From Pseudomonadota bacterium (GTDB lineage Bacteria; Desulfobacterota; Desulfobacteria; Desulfobacterales; RPRI01), in contig JBDRRF010000079.1 of the NCBI GenBank assembly GCA_043825875.1, positions 128,001-192,000 on the forward strand: a stretch of 64,000 nucleotides of DNA, read 5' to 3'. Numbering within the stretch: position 1 is the stretch's first letter; the number at the start of each line of letters is the position of its first letter. The notes beneath the pieces are model-generated. The model did no database searches, was not told the origin of the DNA, and saw nothing but the letters and a program-made list of their open reading frames with translations. Below, one piece after another: positions 9,858 through 18,630 of this stretch. A program made the position numbers and the translations under genes.

Positions 9858-10582
9858 AAATAGCCCTTTGCAGCAACAAGAAGAAAAAGAAAAGACTCTG
9901 TAATTTCTACCATAGCACCAAGCATATCTCCTGTTATACATCCCATTCGACGTTTATAGTAATACAAAATAACTCCTGTTATGATTATAAATCCGTAAAG
10001 CAATATTACACCTTTTACACCGAGAAAATAACTGAAAACTATAGGAATGATCAAAGTTATAAAATAACATGGTTTAACGGATTCTTTAAAAAAGTCAAAA
10101 GCGGTTCCTCCGTCCGGTCTTCCATAAGGTAAATATTTCATACCGAAAATCATTGTAGATCTTGAATAAATCGGAACAAGGAAAAGGATAAAATTACGGC
10201 TTTCGTTAAGAGATGCGATTGCACCACATTTAACAGCCAGAGCAAATATGATTGTAACAAGCCCCATAGCGCCCATTCTGCTGTCTTTCATAATTAAAAG
10301 TGCTTTCTCTTTGGGCCTGTGACCTAAAAGGCCGTCTGCCATATCTCCAAGGCCATCAATATGCAAAGCTCCTGTTAAAATGGCAAGAAGCATTACATCA
10401 AGAATAGAAACAAGCTGCCCCGGCCACAAATAAAAAGCTATCATGTCAAAGGCTGATACAATAATTCCAATTATAAGACCCACGACCGGGAAGTAGGGTA
10501 TGATTTTATTGGCATCAAATTCAGATGTTTTTCCGGCAGGTAGTATTGTCAGAAACTGTATAGCCGATTTTAAATGCAACAT
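9854..10582 (-). CDS. cobS: adenosylcobinamide-GDP ribazoletransferase CobS
   Basis: FLTILP, TGALHIDGLGDMADG, MKDSRMG and TGDMLGA motifs. Confidence 0.95.
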   Translation of the reverse strand: MLHLKSAIQFLTILPAGKTSEFDANKIIPYFPVVGLIIGIIVSAFDMIAFYLWPGQLVSILDVMLLAILTGALHIDGLGDMADGLLGHRPKEKALLIMKDSRMGAMGLVTIIFALAVKCGAIASLNESRNFILFLVPIYSRSTMIFGMKYLPYGRPDGGTAFDFFKESVKPCYFITLIIPIVFSYFLGVKGVILLYGFIIITGVILYYYKRRMGCITGDMLGAMVEITESFLFLLVAAKGYL

Positions 10583-10583
10583 A

Positions 10584-11123
10584 TTATTTACACTTTGTAT
10601 CTTCTTTAATTACAACCGGTATACCTGCAACCATCCATATAACCCAGTTTGCTATTGATGCAATTTTCTGGTTTACAAGGCCTGCTGCATCCCTGAAAAA
10701 TCTTGATAATTCATTATCAGGCACAATACCGCTACCTACTTCATTTGAAACCAGAATAACCGGACAATTTGAATTCTTAAGTGAAGAAACAAGTTTTTGA
10801 ATACTCTCTGATACCTTATCAATATCGGTATGTTGGAGCATAATATTGTTTATCCATAAAGTAAGGCAATCTATAAGAATAATATCTGACTTTGCACTCC
10901 ATTGCGATATCGCTTCGGATAGTAAAACAGGCTCTTCAATCGTATGCCATTTTTTGGATCTTTCTTCTTTATGCCGTCTTATTCTCTCTTTCATTTCTTC
11001 ATCAAAGGGTGTGCATGTCGCAATAAAAATTTTTTTATCGCCTGTAATATTTTCGGCCAGATCAAGGGCATGACGGCTTTTTCCGCTTTTGCAGCCTCCT
11101 GTTAAAAATATAATGTCTTTCAC
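10584..11123 (-). CDS. cobU: bifunctional adenosylcobinamide kinase/guanylyltransferase CobU
   Basis: GGCKSGKS P-loop, DCLTLW, SNEVGSG motifs. Confidence 0.95.
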   Translation of the reverse strand: MKDIIFLTGGCKSGKSRHALDLAENITGDKKIFIATCTPFDEEMKERIRRHKEERSKKWHTIEEPVLLSEAISQWSAKSDIILIDCLTLWINNIMLQHTDIDKVSESIQKLVSSLKNSNCPVILVSNEVGSGIVPDNELSRFFRDAAGLVNQKIASIANWVIWMVAGIPVVIKEDTKCK

Positions 11124-12652
11124 AGATAGTCTCCTTGGGCAATTTTAAATACTGCATCTAAATCTATGTGTTTTTCAAAATGGTCTGCCAGAAGGTCATA
11201 TTCTTTGTCTCTTTCGGCAAAGCCGGTTAAGTTCGAGATCGCAGGCTGGTCAATACCGATTGTTTCAAGCCATTTTTTCACAATCAAGGGAGTATCAAAA
11301 ACACCATGCATATATGTGCCCATTATCTTTTTATTGCTTGATATACATCCATCGAAATCCCGGCAGGCAATATTGTTACGATCCGTTACTTCAAACATAT
11401 ATTCATTGCTTTCATTTATAGTTTGCCCCATATGAATTTCATATCCGGTTCCACTGATTCCATCCCATGAAAACCTGGTAAGCGTTGTAACTTTTGGAGC
11501 TTTCAAGGTGGTTTCTGTCGGCAGAAGCAAAAGGCCTTTACTTGTACCCGGCATCCCTTCAAGGCCATAAGGATCATGTATAGCACGACCCAGCATTTGG
11601 TATCCGCCGCAAATCCCAAGCACGTGTCCGCCCATATCTGCATAAGCTAAAATTTTTTCCGACCAGCCTGTCTCTTCAAGCCATGTAAGATCATAGCGGG
11701 TATTTTTGGAACCTGGAATAATGACTGCTTTGAAATCAGACAAATCGCAAGCTGTTTGAATATAATCCAGCCTTATATTTTTTATACGTGAAAGAGGATC
11801 AAAATCAGTAAAATTGGAAATATGCGGAAGTCTGATTACTGCAACGGCAGGAAGGCCATTATTGTTAGAATTAACTTGTCTCGGACTCTCTATTACTACC
11901 GAATCTTCCGCATCTATCTTTATGTGGTTATACCAGGGAAGAACACCAAATATTTTTTTCCCCGTTTTATTTTCTATCCATTTCTTACCGTCTTCAAAAA
12001 GCCTTAAATCCCCCCTGAACCTGTTTATTATAAATCCTGCTATCTGCTTTCTTTGATCAGAATCAATACATTCAAGAGTTCCAACAAGCTGTGCAAATAT
12101 TCCGCCCCTATGAATGTCTCCTACAAGTATAACCGGCGCTTTGGCATATTTGGCCATACGCAAATTTACAATATCATTAGGCATAAGATTTACTTCCGCA
12201 CAGGAACCTGCACCTTCAATAACTATAAGCTCATAATTATCACGCAGACGATCAAGAGAATCACATGTTTTTTCAAACAGGCTCTCTTTTCTTGTATGGT
12301 ATTCAAATGCAGAAGAGTTTTCAAGTGCTTTACCAAGAAGTACTATCTGTGAGCCGGTTTCTCCGGTTGGTTTTAAAAGAACCGGATTCATATCTACATG
12401 CGGCGGGATTTTTGAAGCCTCAGCCTGAACAATCTGGGCACGACCCATTTCAAGGCCATCCGGGGTAATTCCGGAATTATTCGACATGTTTTGCGCCTTA
12501 AAGGGTGCAACCTTAACACCCTTATTAGCAAAAATACGGCAAAGAGCAGTTACAACAATGCTTTTACCAACATCAGAACCGGTACCTAAAACAGCTATAC
12601 AACGGGCTCTCTTTTGTTTGGGGGAGGAATTATTTATGCTATTATGATTCAC
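11120..12652 (-). CDS. cobQ: cobyric acid synthase CobQ/CbiP
   Basis: GTGSDVGKS, PFKAQNMS, EGAGS, GICGGYQMLG and GTYMHG motifs. Confidence 0.96.
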   Translation of the reverse strand: MNHNSINNSSPKQKRARCIAVLGTGSDVGKSIVVTALCRIFANKGVKVAPFKAQNMSNNSGITPDGLEMGRAQIVQAEASKIPPHVDMNPVLLKPTGETGSQIVLLGKALENSSAFEYHTRKESLFEKTCDSLDRLRDNYELIVIEGAGSCAEVNLMPNDIVNLRMAKYAKAPVILVGDIHRGGIFAQLVGTLECIDSDQRKQIAGFIINRFRGDLRLFEDGKKWIENKTGKKIFGVLPWYNHIKIDAEDSVVIESPRQVNSNNNGLPAVAVIRLPHISNFTDFDPLSRIKNIRLDYIQTACDLSDFKAVIIPGSKNTRYDLTWLEETGWSEKILAYADMGGHVLGICGGYQMLGRAIHDPYGLEGMPGTSKGLLLLPTETTLKAPKVTTLTRFSWDGISGTGYEIHMGQTINESNEYMFEVTDRNNIACRDFDGCISSNKKIMGTYMHGVFDTPLIVKKWLETIGIDQPAISNLTGFAERDKEYDLLADHFEKHIDLDAVFKIAQGDYL

Positions 12653-12665
12653 ATTTAACCAGCTT

Positions 12666-14072
12666 TTACTGTTTTACCATCCTTTCTTTTTGATATTGAA
12701 GGCAGGAATTAATAAATTCCTTGGCAGCCTCGGGAGTACCGCCTAAATGTAAATTAATGTAGCTTCCAATCGTATGGTTAATAAGAAAGCCCTCAGGAAC
12801 ATTTTTTTGTCCGAATAATCCCGATACACTGTAAATGTTTTCGATATTTACATCAATATCCGATAATTCCGAATAATGAAATTCATACCCTCTTACAGTC
12901 TGCCCACTTTTACCGACCACGGTGTCTCTCTTTAGTTTTATCTCTCTATAACCCACAGTTCTTAAATGGGATAACATCCGCGTACTGAAAGGAAAACAAC
13001 CTGTCATAGGATAAATATTGCCATCGGCATTATAAAGTTCACGGCAAAGATACATAAAACCTCCGCATTCACCGTAAATAGGCATTCCTTCAAGGCTTCT
13101 TTCCCGTACTGCCCGTCTTAATCCGGAATTATTTGAAAGTTGGGCAGCAAACAGCTCGGCATACCCGCCGCAAAAATAAATGCCATCTATGTTTTCAGGC
13201 AAACGGCCATCTTTTAGTGGTGAGAAATATACCAGCTCAGCGCCGGCAGCTTCCAAATTATCAAGATTATCTTTGTAGTAGAAACAAAAAGCATCATCTC
13301 TTGCCATGGCAATTCTTACAACAGGTTTTGTTTTTTCTACAGTTAATGGCATTTCATCGGACGTTGGGTTTCCCAATTTTTTATCAGGCAGGCTTTCCAG
13401 TAATTTATCAATATCGATATTTTTTTCTACTATATTGGCAAGCTTTTTTATATCTTTATCAGATAATCGATTGTCATGAAGTGTTGTTAAACCTAGATGC
13501 CGTTTAGGAATTGCAATTTCCCTGTCGTACAAAACACCCCCCAGACACGGCATTTTCACATTATCTTCCAAAGAGTCTTTCAAATATTGCAGTTGCTTAT
13601 TACTCCCAACCTTATTAAAAATAACACCTGCAAAAGACAAACTGTGATCAAAGTCTTCAAAACCTCGTATGAGCGCAGCAACGCTTCTTGCCATGTTTCC
13701 TGCATCAACAACAAGTATGACAGAAAGCTCCAGCCATTTTGCTATTTGAGCACTAGAACCTGACTCACTTTTTCCGTCATATCCATCGAAGAGGCCCATA
13801 AATCCTTCAACAACAGCAATATCCGCATTTTCGGAATATTTTCTAAAACATCCCAAATTATACGGTTTTGATAACATCCATCCGTCAAGGTTCACACTGT
13901 TCTTGCCTGTAACTCTGAAATGATGTCCCGGATCTACAAAATCAGGACCTACTTTAAAAGGGGCAACATCCAGTCCCCGTTTTTTAAGTGCAGCCAAAAG
14001 CCCAAGAATAACGGTTGTCTTTCCAACTCCACCCTTTGTTCCGGATATAAGTAATCTCTTGATAGCAAACAC
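12666..14072 (-). CDS. cbiA: cobyrinate a,c-diamide synthase CbiA/CobB (diverged glutaminase His)
   Basis: GVGKTT, FKVGPDFVDP, RHLGL, AFCFYY and GECGG motifs; GGAGG SD with GTG start. Confidence 0.9.
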   Translation of the reverse strand: MFAIKRLLISGTKGGVGKTTVILGLLAALKKRGLDVAPFKVGPDFVDPGHHFRVTGKNSVNLDGWMLSKPYNLGCFRKYSENADIAVVEGFMGLFDGYDGKSESGSSAQIAKWLELSVILVVDAGNMARSVAALIRGFEDFDHSLSFAGVIFNKVGSNKQLQYLKDSLEDNVKMPCLGGVLYDREIAIPKRHLGLTTLHDNRLSDKDIKKLANIVEKNIDIDKLLESLPDKKLGNPTSDEMPLTVEKTKPVVRIAMARDDAFCFYYKDNLDNLEAAGAELVYFSPLKDGRLPENIDGIYFCGGYAELFAAQLSNNSGLRRAVRERSLEGMPIYGECGGFMYLCRELYNADGNIYPMTGCFPFSTRMLSHLRTVGYREIKLKRDTVVGKSGQTVRGYEFHYSELSDIDVNIENIYSVSGLFGQKNVPEGFLINHTIGSYINLHLGGTPEAAKEFINSCLQYQKERMVKQ

Positions 14073-14182
14073 CTCCTTAAAAAATAACTCCAGCTATGCA
14101 ACTAATTATTTTTTTAACTTATATAACTTTTTGTGATTAAACAATGTTATTGGTACAAATTCGGATTTATTTTTAATAACCT

Positions 14183-14325
14183 TAGCCGCTTTCAAAAAGT
14201 TTCAGTTTGGTCAAGCTCAAGGCGGGAGAAAATTTCAACCGCAGGAATACATTGAGTATTTCGAGGATTGAAATTTGAGCCCAACGCTTAAGATCGGCCA
14301 AAATGGGACGTTTTGAAACTGGCTC
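14183..14325. mobile_element. 143-bp MITE-like element, family A, copy 2
   Basis: Near-identical to 6159-6301; 4-bp TSD ACCT (14179-14182, 14326-14329). Confidence 0.88.
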
Positions 14326-14481
14326 ACCTATGTTGATTGTTACTTATATATTAAAGCCTTGCATAAAGTCCATTATATTTTAAACTTTAATCTTTATAAT
14401 ACCTTTATTCCGGCATAAAAGCAGCTACATTTAACCATCGCATGATAAACAACGAATATAAATTATTGCTTTTATTATATC

Positions 14482-14520
14482 AAAAAAAATCCCCTAACTT
14501 AAATTATTAGAATCGGGGAT
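14482..14520 (-). terminator. probable intrinsic terminator
   Basis: ATCCCC..GGGGAT stem followed by a long U-run on the minus strand. Confidence 0.5.
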
Positions 14521-14685
14521 AAAATAATTTTTAAAACAACAACTCAAGTGCGCTAACGATGCACTTAAGTTTTTAATAAGATTTAAACATTGATAATCTC
14601 GTAAGAAGTCGGTAAACCCCTGCTTCGCCATACCGGACCCCATCCGGCGTCCAGTATTTTCAGTAGTTTCTGGATACCGGCTTTC

Positions 14686-16435
14686 GAGACTGTGTCATAA
14701 TTAAACATATAATTTGCTCTTTGACAATGAAATAATAGAAAAAACAAAAAAAGCGAAAAAAGTATTTTACATTGTCATATCAATATGATAGGGTCTTTTT
14801 TAAAGGAGAAGTGATATGGCATATAGATATGGCGACCGCTATCAGATGGATTTAATGCCACAGTGCATAGAAGATTATGTAGCCGAAAGCAATCCGGTCA
14901 GAGCATACGATGCTTTTATTGAAGTTTTGGATTTACATCAACTGGGAATTAATATTGACCCGGTTAAAGTAGGAAATTCCGAATACGATCCTAAAAGCAT
15001 GCTAAAGCTTTTGGTTTACGGTTATTCTTATGGAGTAAAGAGTTCTCGAAAGCTGGAGAGGGAATGTCATCACAATATAGCATTTATCTGGCTAATGGGT
15101 GGCTTGAAACCAGACCATAAGACAATAGCTGAATTTCGTCGCCGGAATAAGAAAATACTAAAGGGGGTATTGCGCCAATGCGCTCAGTTGTGCATTAAAC
15201 TGGATTTGATTGCAGGCAACGTTTTATTTGTTGATGGTACCAAGATTAGAGCGAATGCGGGTCGGGATCAGTTTCATGACCAAACCTATTATGAAAAGCT
15301 TTTGATTAGTATCAACGGTCGTATTGAACAATTATTAGCGGATTGTGAAAGTACCGATCAGGCTGAGTCTAACTCTTCCTCTTATATAGCTATGAAAGAG
15401 GAATTATCTAATAAAAGAAACCTGAAAGAAAGAGTCAGGGAAGCCCTTGTTTCATTCGAATCAGATACACGGAAGCGGATTAATAAGACCGATGCCGATT
15501 GTGCTTTGATGCATAGTATCCAAGGCAGTCATGCGAGCTACAATATTCAGAGTGTTGTAGATGACAAACACGGCCTTATTGTTCATGCAGAAGCTGTCCG
15601 CGATGCTAACGAAGCGAAGCAGTTTGCCAAACAGATCAATCAGGCTAATGAGCTGTTGGAGAAACCCTGCCAAGTAGCCTGTGCCGATGCCGGATATTCG
15701 GATGTAACTGAATTAGAAGAGATTGACCAAAAGGATATTAAGGTAATTGTTCCTTCCCAGCGGCAGGCGCTGCACAAGGCGGAAAATCCTTTCGGTAAGA
15801 ATCATTTTGTCTATGATCGAAGTCAGGATTGCTACATATGCCCTGAAGGGCACAGATTACTTTATAGCCACACCGATAAAAAAAAAGGGGGGAGGCTATA
15901 CCGGATGGAGGATAAAAAGTTTTGCCATAGCTGCCAACATAACGGTAAGTGTACTAAATCCGAAAGGGGGCGTAGTGTAATCCGGTTGCGTAATGAGGAA
16001 GTAAAGCTAAAGCTGGAGGCACAATACGAAGAGGAGGAATCTCAAAAGATTTACGCACGACGCAAAACAAGAGTTGAACATCCCTTCGGGCACATTAAAC
16101 GAAATCTCAAAACCGATGCTTTTCATTTACGAGGGATAGATGGAGTTCAGGCCGAAACTTCACTTTTAGGTACCTGTTTCAATCTTGCCAGGATGATTAC
16201 GATCTTTGGTGTTGGTAAGTTGATAGGTAAGCTGATCGGACTAAATATGTTAAAGGTTTGCTACTAAAGATGAACTTACATTGCTACGAGGGCAATTATT
16301 GTCGCAAAGCGTACTAAAAACAACTCAAGAACATCTGATATTTTCTTGGGTTTGAATTTTCGCTACTTTCTAATATTTTTTTGTCAAAGAACGATAGAAT
16401 TTGTATTGAAAAAAATACTATTATGACACAGTCTC
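14686..16435 (+). mobile_element. IS1182-family insertion sequence
   Basis: Perfect 15-bp TIRs GAGACTGTGTCATAA / TTATGACACAGTCTC; TTC target duplication; single transposase. Confidence 0.92.
14816..16267 (+). CDS. IS1182-family DDE transposase
   Basis: YDPKSMLKLLVYGY..SSRKLE, PDHKTIAEFR, VDGTKIRANA, ADAGY, Cys-rich insert and RVEHPFGHIK motifs. Confidence 0.93.
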   Translation: MAYRYGDRYQMDLMPQCIEDYVAESNPVRAYDAFIEVLDLHQLGINIDPVKVGNSEYDPKSMLKLLVYGYSYGVKSSRKLERECHHNIAFIWLMGGLKPDHKTIAEFRRRNKKILKGVLRQCAQLCIKLDLIAGNVLFVDGTKIRANAGRDQFHDQTYYEKLLISINGRIEQLLADCESTDQAESNSSSYIAMKEELSNKRNLKERVREALVSFESDTRKRINKTDADCALMHSIQGSHASYNIQSVVDDKHGLIVHAEAVRDANEAKQFAKQINQANELLEKPCQVACADAGYSDVTELEEIDQKDIKVIVPSQRQALHKAENPFGKNHFVYDRSQDCYICPEGHRLLYSHTDKKKGGRLYRMEDKKFCHSCQHNGKCTKSERGRSVIRLRNEEVKLKLEAQYEEEESQKIYARRKTRVEHPFGHIKRNLKTDAFHLRGIDGVQAETSLLGTCFNLARMITIFGVGKLIGKLIGLNMLKVCY

Positions 16436-16680
16436 TTCGCCGGTATGAGGGTTTGGGAACTTTTTACAAATTAATCAAACATTGCTATAACATTTGATAT
16501 TTAAAGAGATGATAATAATAAATCAATACATATTTAGCAAAAATAAAGGATAGAGAATTTAAAAGCTTTTTTTGTTTGAAAATTAAAAATTGGTTTCCCC
16601 ATATCATACCAGTCATTTTATATTATCAACTTTAAAATTTATCAAAATAATATACTGATTCAAGTTGTAATTGTTCCAGG

Positions 16681-18630
16681 TTATTCCGGTTTTTTCATAG
16701 GAAAAAGTTTTGCTATTATAAAAAGCATTATCAAAGTCACAAGTCCAAGCACAGCATAAAGCCCCCATGGTCTGTTGCTAAACAATTGATCAATGGTTTT
16801 TTCCCAGCTTCTCGGTTTAAACTGTTCCATACCGGCCATCTGTATTTTATTGGGAAGGTGTCCAAGAAGATCCGACTGAACCATCGAAAGATCATAATCA
16901 GGAGCCTGTGTATCGGGATTGCCACCGTAAAGCAGATAAACCCCTTTTTCCTGCGCTATAAAATTGATGGAAGGTGCCTCATAACTTGCTGTAATCCGAT
17001 GTATTTTTATCGGCTGATTATCTCCATGGAAAATATTGACCCGAAGCCGGTTCCGGTCATCAGGGTATGCAGATAGATTTATTGTAAATACGCTATCACC
17101 GGTATCATAATTTTGCCATTTCAGTTTCTTCCAATGATTCCAGCCCATATTGCCCGGTTTTGGAATCTCAAGTAGTACTTCCCGTTTAAAAATTCCTGAA
17201 GAATGCAAACTAAGATTTGACCAGAGTGAAGAGGTCTGTGGAAGATGTATGGTTAGTGTGGTAAGGTTTTTTTCAGGATCATATTCTGATTGTGAAAAAG
17301 CAGAAAGATCCACTTTTTTATTTTCTTTTTTTGCGAAAAAAAACGGTGTCTGGATATCGTCTTTTACCAGCCGGATACCGGATCTGTTTTTTTCAAGGCT
17401 TGCCGCCATATCAAGAACAAGGCTGTAATAACCGGGTTTAAGAACATCGATTTTTGATTTCCATGCAAAACCATTGTCATCAAAAGGGCCTCCCTTGATT
17501 CCATATTTTTCAACAAGGTTTTCAGGGCGAAGATTTTTATTTATCTCAGGATTTGAAAATGAAATCGTATGATCAACGGGCCTTTTTCTTTCTCTTGGGA
17601 ATTGTGATATCTTCGCATGTTTCCCTGTGCCGCTTTTTAAAATATACATGCCTTTTGTGTCTGCCAAAAAAACAATGCGCGGCAATCTTACCTTTACTTT
17701 TAAATCCGAAACATCTCCTATATAAGCTCCATTCGGATCAAGCCTTACTATTAGACTCTTACCAGACCATGTTCTTTCAACATCAAAGGAAAGTCTTTGC
17801 CTGTCTTTTGTAACACTGGAAATTCTGCCATTTAAAATCCTTGAAAACTTTTGTTCTCCATTTTCAATTTTATCTGTTCCGATCTGCCACACGCCTTGAA
17901 ACTGGGCTTGTGTTGAAATATTAACAGAGCGAATAAAAATTCCCGAACCCGGAAGTACTGTTTTGACAAAGGTTATACCGTTGGTTTCGGATTTTTCATA
18001 AACGGGCGTAATTATATCTTCAATATAGTCTTTGCCGTACCTTTCTCCTGAAAGAAATACTTCCATAACAGGAGTAAATTTATTTTCATACTTTTTATCA
18101 AATCCTTTGAAATGGACTCTTATTTTCTGATACACATTTTTATCAATTTGCATTTCGGCACGTGATTGGTTGTTCGCTTTAAAAAGCACCTGATTTTTTT
18201 TCAATGACACCCATCCATTGTCACAAAACCCATCAACATCCACCCTGCTGACAAAACTATCATCTGCTATTTCAACATGAATGAGATCTGAGCTTACCTC
18301 CTGTTCCGTTTTTCCTTCCCAGATATAATCTCCATCTTTTCCAAAACTCATTTCCATCGGTGCCAGTTTAATACGGGTGGGTCCGACAGGCTCGCGCCAA
18401 TACAGTTCAAATGAACGCAAATGTCCGTCCGGCCCCGTTAATTCAAGATCAAGACCGCCTGCTAATGTTTTTACATAAAGTTCGGGCGGAAGAACCGCTT
18501 CCACAATACCGGGTTCTGCTATATTCAAATGTGCCTTTGCCAGCCACTCGTTGTTTCCTGCATAAAGAGATGTAACAAGAGATAACCACAAGATTAAGAA
18601 CAAATTGAATTGTAAAAGTTTATGTTTCAT
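16681..18630 (-). CDS. DUF3999-like exported protein with C-terminal membrane anchor
   Basis: Signal peptide; HGDNQPI and LYGGNP..APDYDL motifs; C-terminal TM helix; overlaps the upstream gene. Confidence 0.6.
   Translation of the reverse strand: MKHKLLQFNLFLILWLSLVTSLYAGNNEWLAKAHLNIAEPGIVEAVLPPELYVKTLAGGLDLELTGPDGHLRSFELYWREPVGPTRIKLAPMEMSFGKDGDYIWEGKTEQEVSSDLIHVEIADDSFVSRVDVDGFCDNGWVSLKKNQVLFKANNQSRAEMQIDKNVYQKIRVHFKGFDKKYENKFTPVMEVFLSGERYGKDYIEDIITPVYEKSETNGITFVKTVLPGSGIFIRSVNISTQAQFQGVWQIGTDKIENGEQKFSRILNGRISSVTKDRQRLSFDVERTWSGKSLIVRLDPNGAYIGDVSDLKVKVRLPRIVFLADTKGMYILKSGTGKHAKISQFPRERKRPVDHTISFSNPEINKNLRPENLVEKYGIKGGPFDDNGFAWKSKIDVLKPGYYSLVLDMAASLEKNRSGIRLVKDDIQTPFFFAKKENKKVDLSAFSQSEYDPEKNLTTLTIHLPQTSSLWSNLSLHSSGIFKREVLLEIPKPGNMGWNHWKKLKWQNYDTGDSVFTINLSAYPDDRNRLRVNIFHGDNQPIKIHRITASYEAPSINFIAQEKGVYLLYGGNPDTQAPDYDLSMVQSDLLGHLPNKIQMAGMEQFKPRSWEKTIDQLFSNRPWGLYAVLGLVTLIMLFIIAKLFPMKKPE

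Larger units (their letters stand above)
14592..16476. mobile_element. ~130-bp REP-containing miniature element interrupted by the IS1182-family element
   Basis: Imperfect TIRs GATAATCTCGTAAGAAGT / ACTTTTTACAAATTAATC; 7-bp direct repeat AAACATT at 14585-14591 and 16477-16483; internal REP-like hairpins. Confidence 0.65.

Noticed and set aside
8766..9941. Tracked 391-aa start of cobD
   Set aside because: The extra 28 aa overlap cobS; family similarity begins at MITGHGG (9857)
14073..14590. Cobalamin riboswitch upstream of cbiA
   Set aside because: No B12-box or conserved core recognisable; the structured sequence here is a MITE and a terminator-like hairpin
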